Assembly: GCA_964636495.1 (NCBI GenBank)
Contig: CAZWSL010000013.1
Coordinates: 10,537 to 74,536, forward strand
DNA: 64,000 nucleotides
Reading direction: 5' to 3'
From: an uncultured Desulfobacula sp.
GTDB lineage: Bacteria > Desulfobacterota > Desulfobacteria > Desulfobacterales > Desulfobacteraceae
Positions 36,975 to 46,982 of the stretch are shown here, piece after piece. Each line of letters opens with the position of its first letter. Positions within the stretch are counted from its first letter, which is position 1. The position numbers were made by a program, and so were the translations under genes. Under the pieces are notes generated by a model. The model did not search any database and was not told the DNA's origin. It saw only the letters and a program-made list of their open reading frames with translations.

Positions 36975-37142
36975 TTTTTACCTTTATTGTTATTATATTT
37001 ACAAACCTGATTTTAACACTATTGAGAAATCTGTTGAAAAAAAACAATAAAAATTACAGAGCCCGGGTCTGGAATCAGGAGAAGAGTTATCATGTTCTGA
37101 TCAGATTCAGCTTATTCAAAGAAAGCTTCTGCTATTTCAAGG

Positions 37143-38801
37143 TCAGGTGCATTCAGTTTGCTTTTTTTTTGCATTTTTTAATGATGCCTTGATAAAATCC
37201 CTGAACAGCGGATGGGGTGTTCCGGGTTTTGATTTGAATTCAGGATGAAACTGACAGCCAAGATACCATGGATGATCTTTCAGTTCAACGATTTCAACAA
37301 GTTCATGATCAGGAGATGTGCCGCTTATTACAAGGCCTGCTTCTATCAGTTTATCCTTATATTCATTGTTAAATTCGAAACGATGCCTGTGCCGTTCAGA
37401 TATTGTCTCTTTCTTATATGCCTTCATTGCAAAAGTATCAGGAGCAAGCTTGCAGGGATAAGCACCAAGGCGCATGGTACCTCCCTTATCTGATTTTTCA
37501 TTTCTCTTTTCAATCTGCTTGGTCTGTTCATCATACCACTCTTTCATCAGATAAATAACAGGATATGGCGTATATGGATCAAACTCCTGGCCATTGGCAT
37601 CTTCAAAATTAAGCAGGTTTCTGGCAATTTCAATAACCGCCATGTGCATTCCCAGGCAGATACCAAAGTAGGGCACCTTCTGTTCTCTGGCATATTTTGC
37701 AGCTATAATTTTTCCTTCAATTCCCCTTGAGCCAAACCCGCCGGGAACAAGAATGCCGTCACTTGTAGAGAGAATTTCAGCTACATTCTCTTCTGTCAGT
37801 CTGGTTGAATCAATATATTGAAGATTAACCTTGGCATCATTGGCTATTCCACCATGGGTCAACGCCTCATTCAAGCTTTTATAACTCTCTGTCAAATCGA
37901 CATATTTTCCAACGATCGCTATATTTACTGACAGTCTCGGGTTTTTAAGCCGGTCTACCATTTCCCTCCAGTCATCAAGTTTAGGTGATCTTGCCCATAT
38001 ATTAAGTTTTTTTAATATCTTATCTCCTAAGCCTTCCTTGTTGTAAACCAGTGGTACTTCATAAATGCAATCCACATCTTTTGCTGTGAAGACATCATCC
38101 GTGCCCACATTACAGAAAAGAGCAATTTTTGCCTTAATGTCCTTATCCAGATAACTTTCTGTTCTGCAAAGCAGGATATCCGGTTGAATTCCAATACTTC
38201 TGAGTTCTTTTACACTGTGCTGGGTTGGTTTTGTCTTTACTTCACATGCTGTTTTTATATATGGAACAAGGGTGAGGTGGATATATATGACATTTGAAGC
38301 GCCTGCATCATTCTTGAACTGGCGGATAGCTTCCAGAAATGGCAGCGATTCAATATCTCCAATTGTTCCACCAATCTCAACAATAACAACGTCAACATCT
38401 TTTGAAACCAGAAAAATGCTCTGTTTGATTTCATCGGTAATATGGGGTATAACCTGGACTGTACCGCCAAGATACTCTCCTTTACGCTCCTTGGTTATTA
38501 CCTGGTCATAAATTTTACCGGTTGTAAAATTATTATTTTTGCCAAGCTGAGCATGGGTGAATCTCTCATAATGACCCAGATCAAGATCTGTTTCAGCACC
38601 GTCATCAGTTACAAAAACCTCTCCATGCTGAAATGGATTCATGGTTCCGGGATCGACATTTATATATGGATCAAGCTTCTGTATCGTAACTGTTAGTCCC
38701 CGGCTCTCAAGAAGCATTCCAATTGCTGCAGAGGCAAGTCCTTTGCCAAGAGATGAAAGAACACCTCCTGTAACGAAAATATATTTTGTAGATTCAGCCA
38801 T
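37143..38801 (-). CDS. pyrG: CTP synthase
   Basis: [16 protein letters not shown], the GICLGMH glutaminase Cys motif and FHPEF. Confidence 0.96.
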   Translation of the reverse strand: MAESTKYIFVTGGVLSSLGKGLASAAIGMLLESRGLTVTIQKLDPYINVDPGTMNPFQHGEVFVTDDGAETDLDLGHYERFTHAQLGKNNNFTTGKIYDQVITKERKGEYLGGTVQVIPHITDEIKQSIFLVSKDVDVVIVEIGGTIGDIESLPFLEAIRQFKNDAGASNVIYIHLTLVPYIKTACEVKTKPTQHSVKELRSIGIQPDILLCRTESYLDKDIKAKIALFCNVGTDDVFTAKDVDCIYEVPLVYNKEGLGDKILKKLNIWARSPKLDDWREMVDRLKNPRLSVNIAIVGKYVDLTESYKSLNEALTHGGIANDAKVNLQYIDSTRLTEENVAEILSTSDGILVPGGFGSRGIEGKIIAAKYAREQKVPYFGICLGMHMAVIEIARNLLNFEDANGQEFDPYTPYPVIYLMKEWYDEQTKQIEKRNEKSDKGGTMRLGAYPCKLAPDTFAMKAYKKETISERHRHRFEFNNEYKDKLIEAGLVISGTSPDHELVEIVELKDHPWYLGCQFHPEFKSKPGTPHPLFRDFIKASLKNAKKKQTECT

Positions 38802-38821
38802 TATTCCTCTCTTGTTGAAAA

Positions 38822-39658
38822 TTATTCATGTAATTGTCTGGTTTCCGGGAGTGAATTTTCATACTCTCCCGTTATTGATCTATCTTTGATTTTATGATTG
38901 TCAACTGTGTCATCTGCTGGATATGTTTTTAACAAATTATCAATATTAAATAAACCAGAAGGTGCATTTGAGTGTAAATTGATATGTTCCACATTAATCA
39001 TGGCAAACAGTCTGCTGTTTAAAAAAATATGAATCTGCATTGGGTAAAATGTTTTACTGACCTGTTTCCAGTTTTTATAAACAAACTCCACCTGCTGACT
39101 GTTTTTCTCTACCACATATCTTAATGGAAGAAATGTATTTTTTTCTATCCACAGACCGGGAACCTCACTGTTTTTTTTTCTCGGTTTTCCAATCACATAA
39201 CAGATCGTGTCATTATATCTTTGGAAGGATACTTCTTCAGTATCTGTCCCCCACAGATCAAGTTGTTTCAAATAGTTTTCATTATCCCTGTAAAGAAGGA
39301 TATCTGTATAGAGGTCAGTAAGGGATTTTTCACGGGAGATTCCTTCTCTTTCTGATATTTTAAAGAAATTAAAATCAGACTCCACACTGAAATTAGCCAG
39401 GATATCGGGGAAAGTGTTAATGCGCAGACGGCCTGGAAATGAAAAGATCAGGTTTTCCTTTATTTTCACATAGGGCTGATCTGAGTCCTGATAATCTAAA
39501 ATCACCTTATTCTGCCACACTTCAATACCGGCAGGTTCTTTGATCTTGTTTTGAACAAGATGCATCAGATGTGTCGCCTCTGGAACAAATGTCCAGCCTG
39601 TGGAGGGCATCACAAAAGATAAAAGTATAGACAGGGATAGAAAAAGATATTTTTTCAT
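38822..39658 (-). CDS. Secreted hypothetical protein (possibly a LolA-like fold)
   Basis: Signal peptide [21 protein letters not shown], then a beta-rich sequence with no motif I recognise. The start is set at 39658. It is wedged between eno and pyrG with 35-nt and 20-nt gaps. Confidence 0.6.
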   Translation of the reverse strand: MKKYLFLSLSILLSFVMPSTGWTFVPEATHLMHLVQNKIKEPAGIEVWQNKVILDYQDSDQPYVKIKENLIFSFPGRLRINTFPDILANFSVESDFNFFKISEREGISREKSLTDLYTDILLYRDNENYLKQLDLWGTDTEEVSFQRYNDTICYVIGKPRKKNSEVPGLWIEKNTFLPLRYVVEKNSQQVEFVYKNWKQVSKTFYPMQIHIFLNSRLFAMINVEHINLHSNAPSGLFNIDNLLKTYPADDTVDNHKIKDRSITGEYENSLPETRQLHE

Positions 39659-39693
39659 AATTTTTTCAGGTCGCACATCTGTTAAACAGCAGA

Positions 39694-40965
39694 TCAAACA
39701 AAGATGTCCCTTGGAAATGCAGCAGAATCCCCAAGTTTTTCTTCAATTCTGATCAGCTGGTTATACTTTGCTACTCTGTCGCTCCTTGACATTGATCCGG
39801 TTTTAATCTGTCCTGAGTTTACACCCACGGCAAGGTCGGCAATAAATGAATCTTCTGTTTCACCTGATCTATGTGAAATAACGGTGGTATATCCGGACTC
39901 CTTTGCCATCTGAATGGTATCTAATGTCTCTGTTACGGTTCCAATCTGGTTGAGTTTGATTAAAATCGAATTGCCGATACTTCTGCTTATCCCTTTCTGG
40001 AAAATATCCGGATTTGTGACAAAAATATCATCACCAACAATCTGAGTTGAGTTGCCAAGGCGCTGAGTCATTAATTCCCATGAGTCCCAGTCGCTTTCAG
40101 CAAGACCGTCCTCTATGGAGTACAGAGGATATTTTTCGATTAATCTTTCATAATAGTCAATCAGATCTTTTGATGAGAGTTCTTTTCCTTCAGAAGCAAA
40201 GATATATTTCCCGTTTTTGTAAAATTCAGAAGCAGCTGCATCAAGGGCTATTCCGATATCTTTTCCCGGTCTGTATCCAGCTGCTTCTATGGCATTAATT
40301 ATATATTCAACAGCCTCTTCATTGGATTTAAGATCAGGAGCAAACCCGCCTTCATCTCCCACAGCTGTGGAAAGGCCCTCACTTTTCAGTATTTTTGCAA
40401 GGTGATGAAATGTTTCAGCACCCATCTGGACTGCCTGGGATATGGAATCAGCACCAAATGGAAGAATCATGAATTCCTGAATATCAAGATTATTTGCAGC
40501 GTGAGCCCCTCCGTTGATTACATTCATCATGGGCAGAGGAAGCACCCTTGCATTAATGCCGCCAATATGCTGATACAGAGGTATTTCACAAGCATTTGCC
40601 GCAGCCCTTGCTGCTGCCATGGATACGCCAAGAATGGCATTGGCTCCAAGTCTTGATTTGTTTTCTGTGCCATCTATATCCTGCATTGTCCGGTCAAGGC
40701 CTGCCTGGTCCATGGCATCGTATCCAATAATTTCAGGTGCAATCACCTCATTAACGTTAACTACAGCATTTAAAACACCTTTACCCATGAACCGGTTTTT
40801 CTGGTTGTCCCTGAGTTCAAGAGCCTCTCTTGATCCGGTTGAAGCTCCAGAGGGAACAGCTGCTCTTCCTGATGCTCCGCAAGCCAGTGTTACATCCACC
40901 TCAATTGTTGGATTTCCCCTTGAGTCTATAATCTCCCTTGCCATAATATCAATTAATTCAGTCAT
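39694..40965 (-). CDS. eno: Enolase
   Basis: [26 protein letters not shown] and other enolase signatures over the full length. Confidence 0.97.
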   Translation of the reverse strand: MTELIDIMAREIIDSRGNPTIEVDVTLACGASGRAAVPSGASTGSREALELRDNQKNRFMGKGVLNAVVNVNEVIAPEIIGYDAMDQAGLDRTMQDIDGTENKSRLGANAILGVSMAAARAAANACEIPLYQHIGGINARVLPLPMMNVINGGAHAANNLDIQEFMILPFGADSISQAVQMGAETFHHLAKILKSEGLSTAVGDEGGFAPDLKSNEEAVEYIINAIEAAGYRPGKDIGIALDAAASEFYKNGKYIFASEGKELSSKDLIDYYERLIEKYPLYSIEDGLAESDWDSWELMTQRLGNSTQIVGDDIFVTNPDIFQKGISRSIGNSILIKLNQIGTVTETLDTIQMAKESGYTTVISHRSGETEDSFIADLAVGVNSGQIKTGSMSRSDRVAKYNQLIRIEEKLGDSAAFPRDIFV

Positions 40966-41348
40966 ATCACCTCCGTGCCGGATAAGTTCTAATTTATCTG
41001 CTGGTTTTGTTGAGCATCAATCTCAATAGTGGTGGTTATCTTTTATTTGTTGACACTATTATTAACTGCACCTGAACTACAAAATAAGTCAGAAAAATAA
41101 GTTAAGAATATTTTTCGATAGTAATAACAATATCCATTTATACATTCAAGGAATATTGTAAAATTTTTAAATTTACCCGGGCAAAACCATACTAAATCTT
41201 GACAAATAAATTTTGCTTTTATACTTAAAAAAAGCAGCTTGGAATATATGCAAAGGTTGTGAACCATAAACGGTGTGTTGTTGTTAATCAGAAGAGTATT
41301 TTGAATAAAACAAAAGTGTAATCCTAAAACCCTCAAAAGGAGTTGTAA

Positions 41349-42023
41349 ATGAACATTTTATTTTTTGGACCAAACGGAAGTGGTAAAGGAACCCAGGGAT
41401 CTATCCTGAAAGACAGGTATAATATTGCTCATATTGAATCAGGTGCTATTTTCCGTGAAAATATAAAGGGTGGAACTGAACTTGGAAAAAAAGCAAAAGA
41501 GTTTATTGATAAAGGGGACCTGGTTCCAGATGATATCACCATTCCAATGGTGCTTGACAGAATAAAACAGGATGACTGTAAAAATGGATGGCTTCTTGAT
41601 GGTTTTCCAAGAAACAAAGTTCAGGCTGAAAAACTGCATGCTTCTTTAGAGGAAGCTGGCATACAACTTAGCATAGTGATTGAGATGATTCTCGATCGAC
41701 AGATTGCAAAAAATAGAATCATGGGACGCCGCCTGTGTGCTGAAGATAACAATCACCCCAATAATATTTTTATTGATGCAATTAAACCTGACGGAGATAA
41801 ATGCCGTGTCTGTGGCGGTGAACTGAGTGCAAGGGATGATGATCAGGATGAGGCAGCAATTGATAAACGTCATTCAATATATTATGACACAGAAACCGGA
41901 ACGCTTGCCTCTTCATACTACTTTAGAGATCTGGCTGAAAAAGATGATTCCATAAAGTATTTTACACTTGCTGGAGAAAATGATCTTAAGTCTGTGACAG
42001 AAGAGTTGATCTCTAAACTGTAA
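41349..42023 (+). CDS. adk: Adenylate kinase (long lid with a Cys-containing insertion)
   Basis: MNILFFGPNGSGKGTQ P-loop, GWLLDGFPR, and a lid of C-x21-CRVCGG. Confidence 0.95.
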   Translation: MNILFFGPNGSGKGTQGSILKDRYNIAHIESGAIFRENIKGGTELGKKAKEFIDKGDLVPDDITIPMVLDRIKQDDCKNGWLLDGFPRNKVQAEKLHASLEEAGIQLSIVIEMILDRQIAKNRIMGRRLCAEDNNHPNNIFIDAIKPDGDKCRVCGGELSARDDDQDEAAIDKRHSIYYDTETGTLASSYYFRDLAEKDDSIKYFTLAGENDLKSVTEELISKL

Positions 42024-42141
42024 AGGTAATTTTATCATACTGCTGTTTTTTATTTTCCTTGATTTTATACTCTTTTTTTGTTAAGTAGATCGGTCATAAA
42101 TAGTAAAGTATTTAAATACACAATGAAAGGGGCGATGTTTT

Positions 42142-42351
42142 TTGAAGGAAATTACAGTTACAGTGATTGATAATGATGTTGAAAGAGCTTTGAGGATTTT
42201 AAAGAAAAAAATCCAGAATGACGGCCTTTTCAAACGTCTTAAAGTGAAGAAGCATTTTGAGAAACCATGTCAGTACAGACGACGTAAGATGAGAGAAGCA
42301 ATTAGAAGAGAACGAATTGCTGCCTCGCGGTCACGTAGAAGACAGAAATAG
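42142..42351 (+). CDS. rpsU: 30S ribosomal protein S21
   Basis: VERALRILKKKIQNDGLFKRLKVKKHFEKP...RRRK is an S21 signature. The start is apparently TTG. Confidence 0.9.
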   Translation: MKEITVTVIDNDVERALRILKKKIQNDGLFKRLKVKKHFEKPCQYRRRKMREAIRRERIAASRSRRRQK

Positions 42352-42368
42352 ATTTTTTTAGTGTTTAT

Positions 42369-42411
42369 CCCCGGTATGATTTCTTCCAAGTGAATTATAC
42401 CGGGGTTTTTT
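42369..42411 (+). terminator. Rho-independent terminator after rpsU
   Basis: ccccggtat (42369-42377) pairs with ataccgggg (42397-42405), followed by TTTTTT. Confidence 0.7.
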
Positions 42412-42482
42412 ATTTGTTTTTTGATAATATTTAATCTGGTCGGAGTCTGGTTTAAAATTATGAACAGCCTTGGTTATTCAAT

Positions 42483-43781
42483 ATGAAAAAAAAAGCGTAT
42501 AAGCAGTGTCTTGATAAAATTTATACACTTGGACGTTTTGGCATCAAGCTCGAGCTTGACACCATATCTGATATACTCGGTATACTGGGTAATCCTGAAA
42601 AACAGTATAAAATAGTGCATGTTGCAGGGACGAATGGTAAAGGCTCTACTGCAACATATATAGCATCAATTCTGCAGATGGCAGGGTTTAAAACAGCACT
42701 TTATACTTCTCCCCATCTTGTCAGTTTTAATGAACGTATAAAAGTTAATGGCAGACAAATTTCAGATAAAGGTGTTGTCGAAGCATACCAGGCAGTCAAT
42801 AAAGCAGATATAGGTGAAAGAAAAGCGACTTTCTTCGAGATTGCCACTACAATGGGATTTTACCATTTTGCAAAAAAAAATGTAGAGTGGGCTGTAATAG
42901 AAACCGGTATGGGCGGGAGATTTGATGCCACCAATATTGTCAAACCTGAAGTAAGCGTTATTACAAATCTTTCCATTGAGCACACAGATTACCTTGGAAA
43001 TACAATCAAAGCTCTTGCAGGGGAAAAAGGCGGTATTATAAAAAAAGGTGTTCCAGTAGTAACAGGAGTATCACAACCTTCAGGCCTTAAAGTCATAAAA
43101 AAAATTGCCAGTGAAAAAACATCCAGACTATATATTTATAAAAAAGATTTTTCAGCGAGAAAAAATCCAGGACAGAACAGTATCTCTTATAAAGGGTTGA
43201 AAAACAGTTTTAAATATTTACAGAAACCTCTGCCAGGGGATCATCAAAAAGAGAATGTAAGCCTGGCTCTGGCAGCATGTGAATTGATTTTTGAAGATCT
43301 CAAATTAAACCACGGAGAATATAATCTGGATAATGACCTCATTGAAAAAGGATTTGCCATAACAAAATGGCCTGGCCGTCTTGAACATATACAGCAGAAC
43401 CCTCTTGTAATTCTTGATGGGGCTCACAACCTGAAGGCAGCAAAAGTACTTAAGAAATATCTCTCTTCACATCTTAAAAATAAAAAATTGACTCTGGTCC
43501 TTGGTATCCTTGATGACAAGCCATATGAAAAAATGATTGAAAGTCTTGTACCGTGTGCTGAAAATATCATTTTAACAAAGGCGAAAATTGATAGAAGTCT
43601 TGAACCGGATGTTCTGAAAAAAGCAGTAGAGAAAATTACAGCAAAGCCTGCTGTAATTATTGAAGATGTAAAAAAGGCTGTCTCACATGCCATTGCCATA
43701 TCAAAGGGTGAAGATGCGGTCTGTATTGCAGGATCTCTATATGTCGCAGGAGAAGTAAAAGAGCAGTTTCACAGCAGATGA
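42483..43781 (+). CDS. folC: Bifunctional folylpolyglutamate synthase / dihydrofolate synthase
   Basis: Mur-ligase motifs HVAGTNGKGST, ETGMGGRFDATN and DGAHN. Confidence 0.9.
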   Translation: MKKKAYKQCLDKIYTLGRFGIKLELDTISDILGILGNPEKQYKIVHVAGTNGKGSTATYIASILQMAGFKTALYTSPHLVSFNERIKVNGRQISDKGVVEAYQAVNKADIGERKATFFEIATTMGFYHFAKKNVEWAVIETGMGGRFDATNIVKPEVSVITNLSIEHTDYLGNTIKALAGEKGGIIKKGVPVVTGVSQPSGLKVIKKIASEKTSRLYIYKKDFSARKNPGQNSISYKGLKNSFKYLQKPLPGDHQKENVSLALAACELIFEDLKLNHGEYNLDNDLIEKGFAITKWPGRLEHIQQNPLVILDGAHNLKAAKVLKKYLSSHLKNKKLTLVLGILDDKPYEKMIESLVPCAENIILTKAKIDRSLEPDVLKKAVEKITAKPAVIIEDVKKAVSHAIAISKGEDAVCIAGSLYVAGEVKEQFHSR

Positions 43782-43789
43782 TTAATAAT

Positions 43790-43865
43790 GCGCCCGTAGC
43801 CCAGTGGATAAGGCGTCAGCCTCCGAAGCTGAAGATCGCTGGTTCGATTCCAGCCGGGCGTACCA
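43790..43865 (+). tRNA. tRNA-Arg (anticodon CCG), CCA encoded
   Basis: Hand-folded cloverleaf: acceptor GCGCCCG/CGGGCGT (terminal G-U), anticodon stem TCAGC/GCTGA with loop CT-CCG-AA, T arm GCTGG-TTCGATT-CCAGC, then ACCA. Confidence 0.9.
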
Positions 43866-43927
43866 CTCCATGAACAAAAATAAAGTATGAAATTATTGAC
43901 AGGATATCTGGAAATAGGGCGTAATCT

Positions 43928-45163
43928 ATGAGTACTTCACTTAAAATAGGCCTTGTAAGCTATCGAAGTAATCCCCACTGTGGCGGACAGGGTGTTTATA
44001 TAAGACATTTGAGCCATGCCTTGAGCGATCTTGGACATGAGGTTGAAGTGATTGCAGGACCGCCTGACCCCCTTTTAAATAACAGCGTAAAGCTGACCAT
44101 GCTGGAAACACTGGATCTTTATAATCCTGAAGATCTTTTCAGAACACCCACTCTGGAAGAGTTGAAAAATCCAATCAATCTGCTTGAGTGGATTGATATA
44201 TCAACTCTGGGATTTCCTGAACCCTTAACATTTGGTATGAGGGTAAAACAGCATCTTAAAAAAACCAATAAAGAGTATGATATCATCCACGACAACCAGA
44301 GTCTTTCCTACAGTATTTTATCAATAGCACGGACCATACCGGTAACGGCAACGATTCACCATCCCATAACAGTGGATAGAAGGATTGCGGTAAAAAGTAC
44401 AAAATCTTTTTTTAAAAAAGTTAAAGCATTACGATGGTATTCATTTATTACTGTCCAAAAATATGTTGCCCGGAAGCTGTCAAGTATTATAACGGTTTCC
44501 GAGGCCTCTAAAAAAGATATTGCAAGGGAATTTCATATTCCTGAAAAAAGATTTAAAGCGATTCCCATAGGTATTGATACGGAAAGCTTCCATCCTGTGG
44601 AAACCATTAAAAGGCGGGTTAATCGAATTATTGTCACCAATAGTGCTGACACTCCTTTAAAAGGGTTATATCATCTTTTGCATGCAGTAAAAAAAGTATT
44701 AAAAATACGTCGGGTCAAGCTTGTTGTTATCGGCAGTCCAAAGAAAAAAGGTGGCATTGAAAAACTGATTGAAAAACTTAACCTGGGACAATATATTAAA
44801 TTTACAGGCCGTATTGATCATGAACAGTTTGTAAAAGAGTATGCAAAGGCAAGTATTGCAGTCATACCTTCACTGTATGAAGGTTTTGGTCTGCCGGTGG
44901 GAGAAGCCATGGCATGCAGAATACCGGTAATATGCACGACAGGCGGTGCGCTGCCAGAGGTTGCAGGAGATGCCACAAAGCTTGTGCCTCCGGGCGATGC
45001 AAAGGCGCTTGCTGATGCAATACTTGAATTAATGGATAATCCCGCTCTTCGGGAAAATCTTGCAGAAAAGGGTTATAAGCGGGTCATGGAAGAGTTTACG
45101 TGGGAAAAAACGGCTGTTAGAACGGTTGAGGCTTACAGAGAAACAATCAATGATTACCATTGA
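43928..45163 (+). CDS. Family 4 (GT-B) glycosyltransferase
   Basis: GGQGVYIRHL N-terminal motif and the C-terminal EGFGLPVGEAMACRIPV (E-x7-E region). Confidence 0.88.
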   Translation: MSTSLKIGLVSYRSNPHCGGQGVYIRHLSHALSDLGHEVEVIAGPPDPLLNNSVKLTMLETLDLYNPEDLFRTPTLEELKNPINLLEWIDISTLGFPEPLTFGMRVKQHLKKTNKEYDIIHDNQSLSYSILSIARTIPVTATIHHPITVDRRIAVKSTKSFFKKVKALRWYSFITVQKYVARKLSSIITVSEASKKDIAREFHIPEKRFKAIPIGIDTESFHPVETIKRRVNRIIVTNSADTPLKGLYHLLHAVKKVLKIRRVKLVVIGSPKKKGGIEKLIEKLNLGQYIKFTGRIDHEQFVKEYAKASIAVIPSLYEGFGLPVGEAMACRIPVICTTGGALPEVAGDATKLVPPGDAKALADAILELMDNPALRENLAEKGYKRVMEEFTWEKTAVRTVEAYRETINDYH

Positions 45164-45860
45164 TCTTAAAAAACTGGGTATAGCACCCAATGATAAAATT
45201 CTTGATATCGGGTGTGGTGAGGGCCGTCATACTGTTATGGCCTGCCAGCAGAATCAGACCATGTGTGTTGGCGGAGATTATGAGTATGAAAACCTTGTTA
45301 AAACCAAGGAAAAATTGAGGTATCATCAGAGTATGAATGATATCTGCTGCAGGAGCTTTAATCTCTCCTGCATGGATATTTCTGATATGCCCTTTTGTAA
45401 TAAAAGCTTTGATATTGTGATCTGCTCTGAGGTGCTGGAGCATATTCACGATGATAAAAAAGCGATGTCTGAGCTTGTAAGGATTTTAAAGCCGGGAAAA
45501 ATTCTTGCTGTGAGTGTACCCAGATTCTGGCCTGAAAAAATATGCTGGCTTCTGTCTGATGAATATTTTGATAATAATATGGGGCATGTCAGAATATATA
45601 AAAAAGATTCTCTGGTAAAAGAGATAGAGTCTTTTGGGCTGAAAAATTTTCACACCCATTATGCCCACAGCATTCACTCTCCGTTCTGGTGGCTTAAATG
45701 TTTAGTCGGACCAGGAAAGAGCGATTCAAAACTTGTAAATCTTTATCACAGACTGCTTGTATGGGATTTAATGGAAAAACCCAGAATAACCGCTTTTATT
45801 GACAGACTGCTGAATCCTCTTTTGGGGAAAAGTGTTGTATTGTACTTCAGGAAAAAATGA
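45150..45860 (+). CDS. Class I SAM-dependent methyltransferase
   Basis: ILDIGCGEGRH is SAM motif I, followed by FDIVICSEVLEHI. The start is set at the ATG at 45150, overlapping the GT4 gene by 14 nt. Confidence 0.85.
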   Translation: MITIDLKKLGIAPNDKILDIGCGEGRHTVMACQQNQTMCVGGDYEYENLVKTKEKLRYHQSMNDICCRSFNLSCMDISDMPFCNKSFDIVICSEVLEHIHDDKKAMSELVRILKPGKILAVSVPRFWPEKICWLLSDEYFDNNMGHVRIYKKDSLVKEIESFGLKNFHTHYAHSIHSPFWWLKCLVGPGKSDSKLVNLYHRLLVWDLMEKPRITAFIDRLLNPLLGKSVVLYFRKK

Positions 45861-45948
45861 ACTGGATTTTATACATGTCAAGGTGTCAAGATTTCGTGTT
45901 AAGATGTTGTCCAATAAAGTCAATTTTCGGAAATAGGAGATACCTTTA

Positions 45949-46980
45949 ATGAATCGAATGTTATGGTTACTGATAACAGTGTTAACAGCTGTCATGATCC
46001 AATCATGTGCTACAAAAGAGAGAAGTGTTATGAGACAGGATCCTTTGATAAATAAAATTATAAGCACCCGAACAGTCGAGAGTGTCAGTTTTAATACGCT
46101 TATCAAAGATATAGGCAATTATGATGTTATTTATCTTTCTGAAAAACATAATAACCCGGAACATCATAAGATCCAGCAGAGAATCATTCAAAATCTTATA
46201 AACAGTGGTAAAAATCCAAGCATTGGCTTTGAGTTTTTTTCCATGGAGCATACACCTGACCTGTTGAACTTTACAGATTCAGGCAAGGTTGAGCACGCTA
46301 AAAAAACAGAAGAAATAATAGAGGCTGATTTAAGAAAAAAACTGGGCTGGGACACCCAGTCAGATGAGATGTGGAAATACTATTTTGATATTTTAGCCAT
46401 TGCAAAAAAAGAGCGCCTGAAAATAGCAGGTATTGATATAGCACCGAGTTTAAAAAAAAGAATCACACGTAAAGGGATAGATAACCTTTCCCCGATTGAA
46501 AAAGAGATGATTTTTGCAACTGAGCCTCCTGATGAATCATATAAAGATTATATGTATTCAATACTGAAAGCGGTTCATTGCGGCATGGGCAGTGAAAAAA
46601 TGCAGTCCAAACTGTATGATACCTGGGTTGCAAGAAATGATAAAATGGCACTCTCCATAACCCAGCTCGTCAAGCATGGCAGCGGCCCTGTTGTGATTAT
46701 TATCGGAAGAGGGCATACCGAGTACGGGCTTGGAGTGATCAACAGGGTTGAAAACATTGATAACAATATTACACAGGTGAACATTGATCTGCAGGAGATC
46801 AGTGTGAACCCGTCAGAGCTGTCACAATATATTCAGCCACTTGAGCTGCAGGGTTATAAGCCTGTACCTCCGGCAGATTATTTATGGTTTACCCAGAGAG
46901 TCTCTTATAAAGATCCCTGCAGAGAGTTTGAAAAAACATTAAAAAAGATGAAAAAACAGAAAATGTCTTTAAAGCAGTAA
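45949..46980 (+). CDS. ChaN-family (Tiki/haem-binding-like) lipoprotein
   Basis: Lipobox MIQSC. YDVIYLSEKHNNPEHHKIQ resembles the ChaN GExHxNxxHH motif. Confidence 0.7.
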   Translation: MNRMLWLLITVLTAVMIQSCATKERSVMRQDPLINKIISTRTVESVSFNTLIKDIGNYDVIYLSEKHNNPEHHKIQQRIIQNLINSGKNPSIGFEFFSMEHTPDLLNFTDSGKVEHAKKTEEIIEADLRKKLGWDTQSDEMWKYYFDILAIAKKERLKIAGIDIAPSLKKRITRKGIDNLSPIEKEMIFATEPPDESYKDYMYSILKAVHCGMGSEKMQSKLYDTWVARNDKMALSITQLVKHGSGPVVIIIGRGHTEYGLGVINRVENIDNNITQVNIDLQEISVNPSELSQYIQPLELQGYKPVPPADYLWFTQRVSYKDPCREFEKTLKKMKKQKMSLKQ

Positions 46981-46982
46981 TC

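Noticed and set aside
41043-41336. 97-aa minus-strand ORF in the eno/adk intergenic region
   Set aside because: It lies in AT-rich divergent promoter DNA and has no RBS, an odd composition (many Phe/Asn/Ile/Cys) and no motifs. A sigma70-like TTGACA (41199) / TATACT (41220) pair lies inside it, but the spacer is only 15 nt, so I did not report the promoter either.
43790-46980. tRNA-Arg-linked genomic island (GT4, methyltransferase, ChaN lipoprotein)
   Set aside because: I saw no integrase, no direct repeat of the tRNA 3' end downstream, and no obvious compositional shift. The genes look like ordinary envelope and housekeeping functions.
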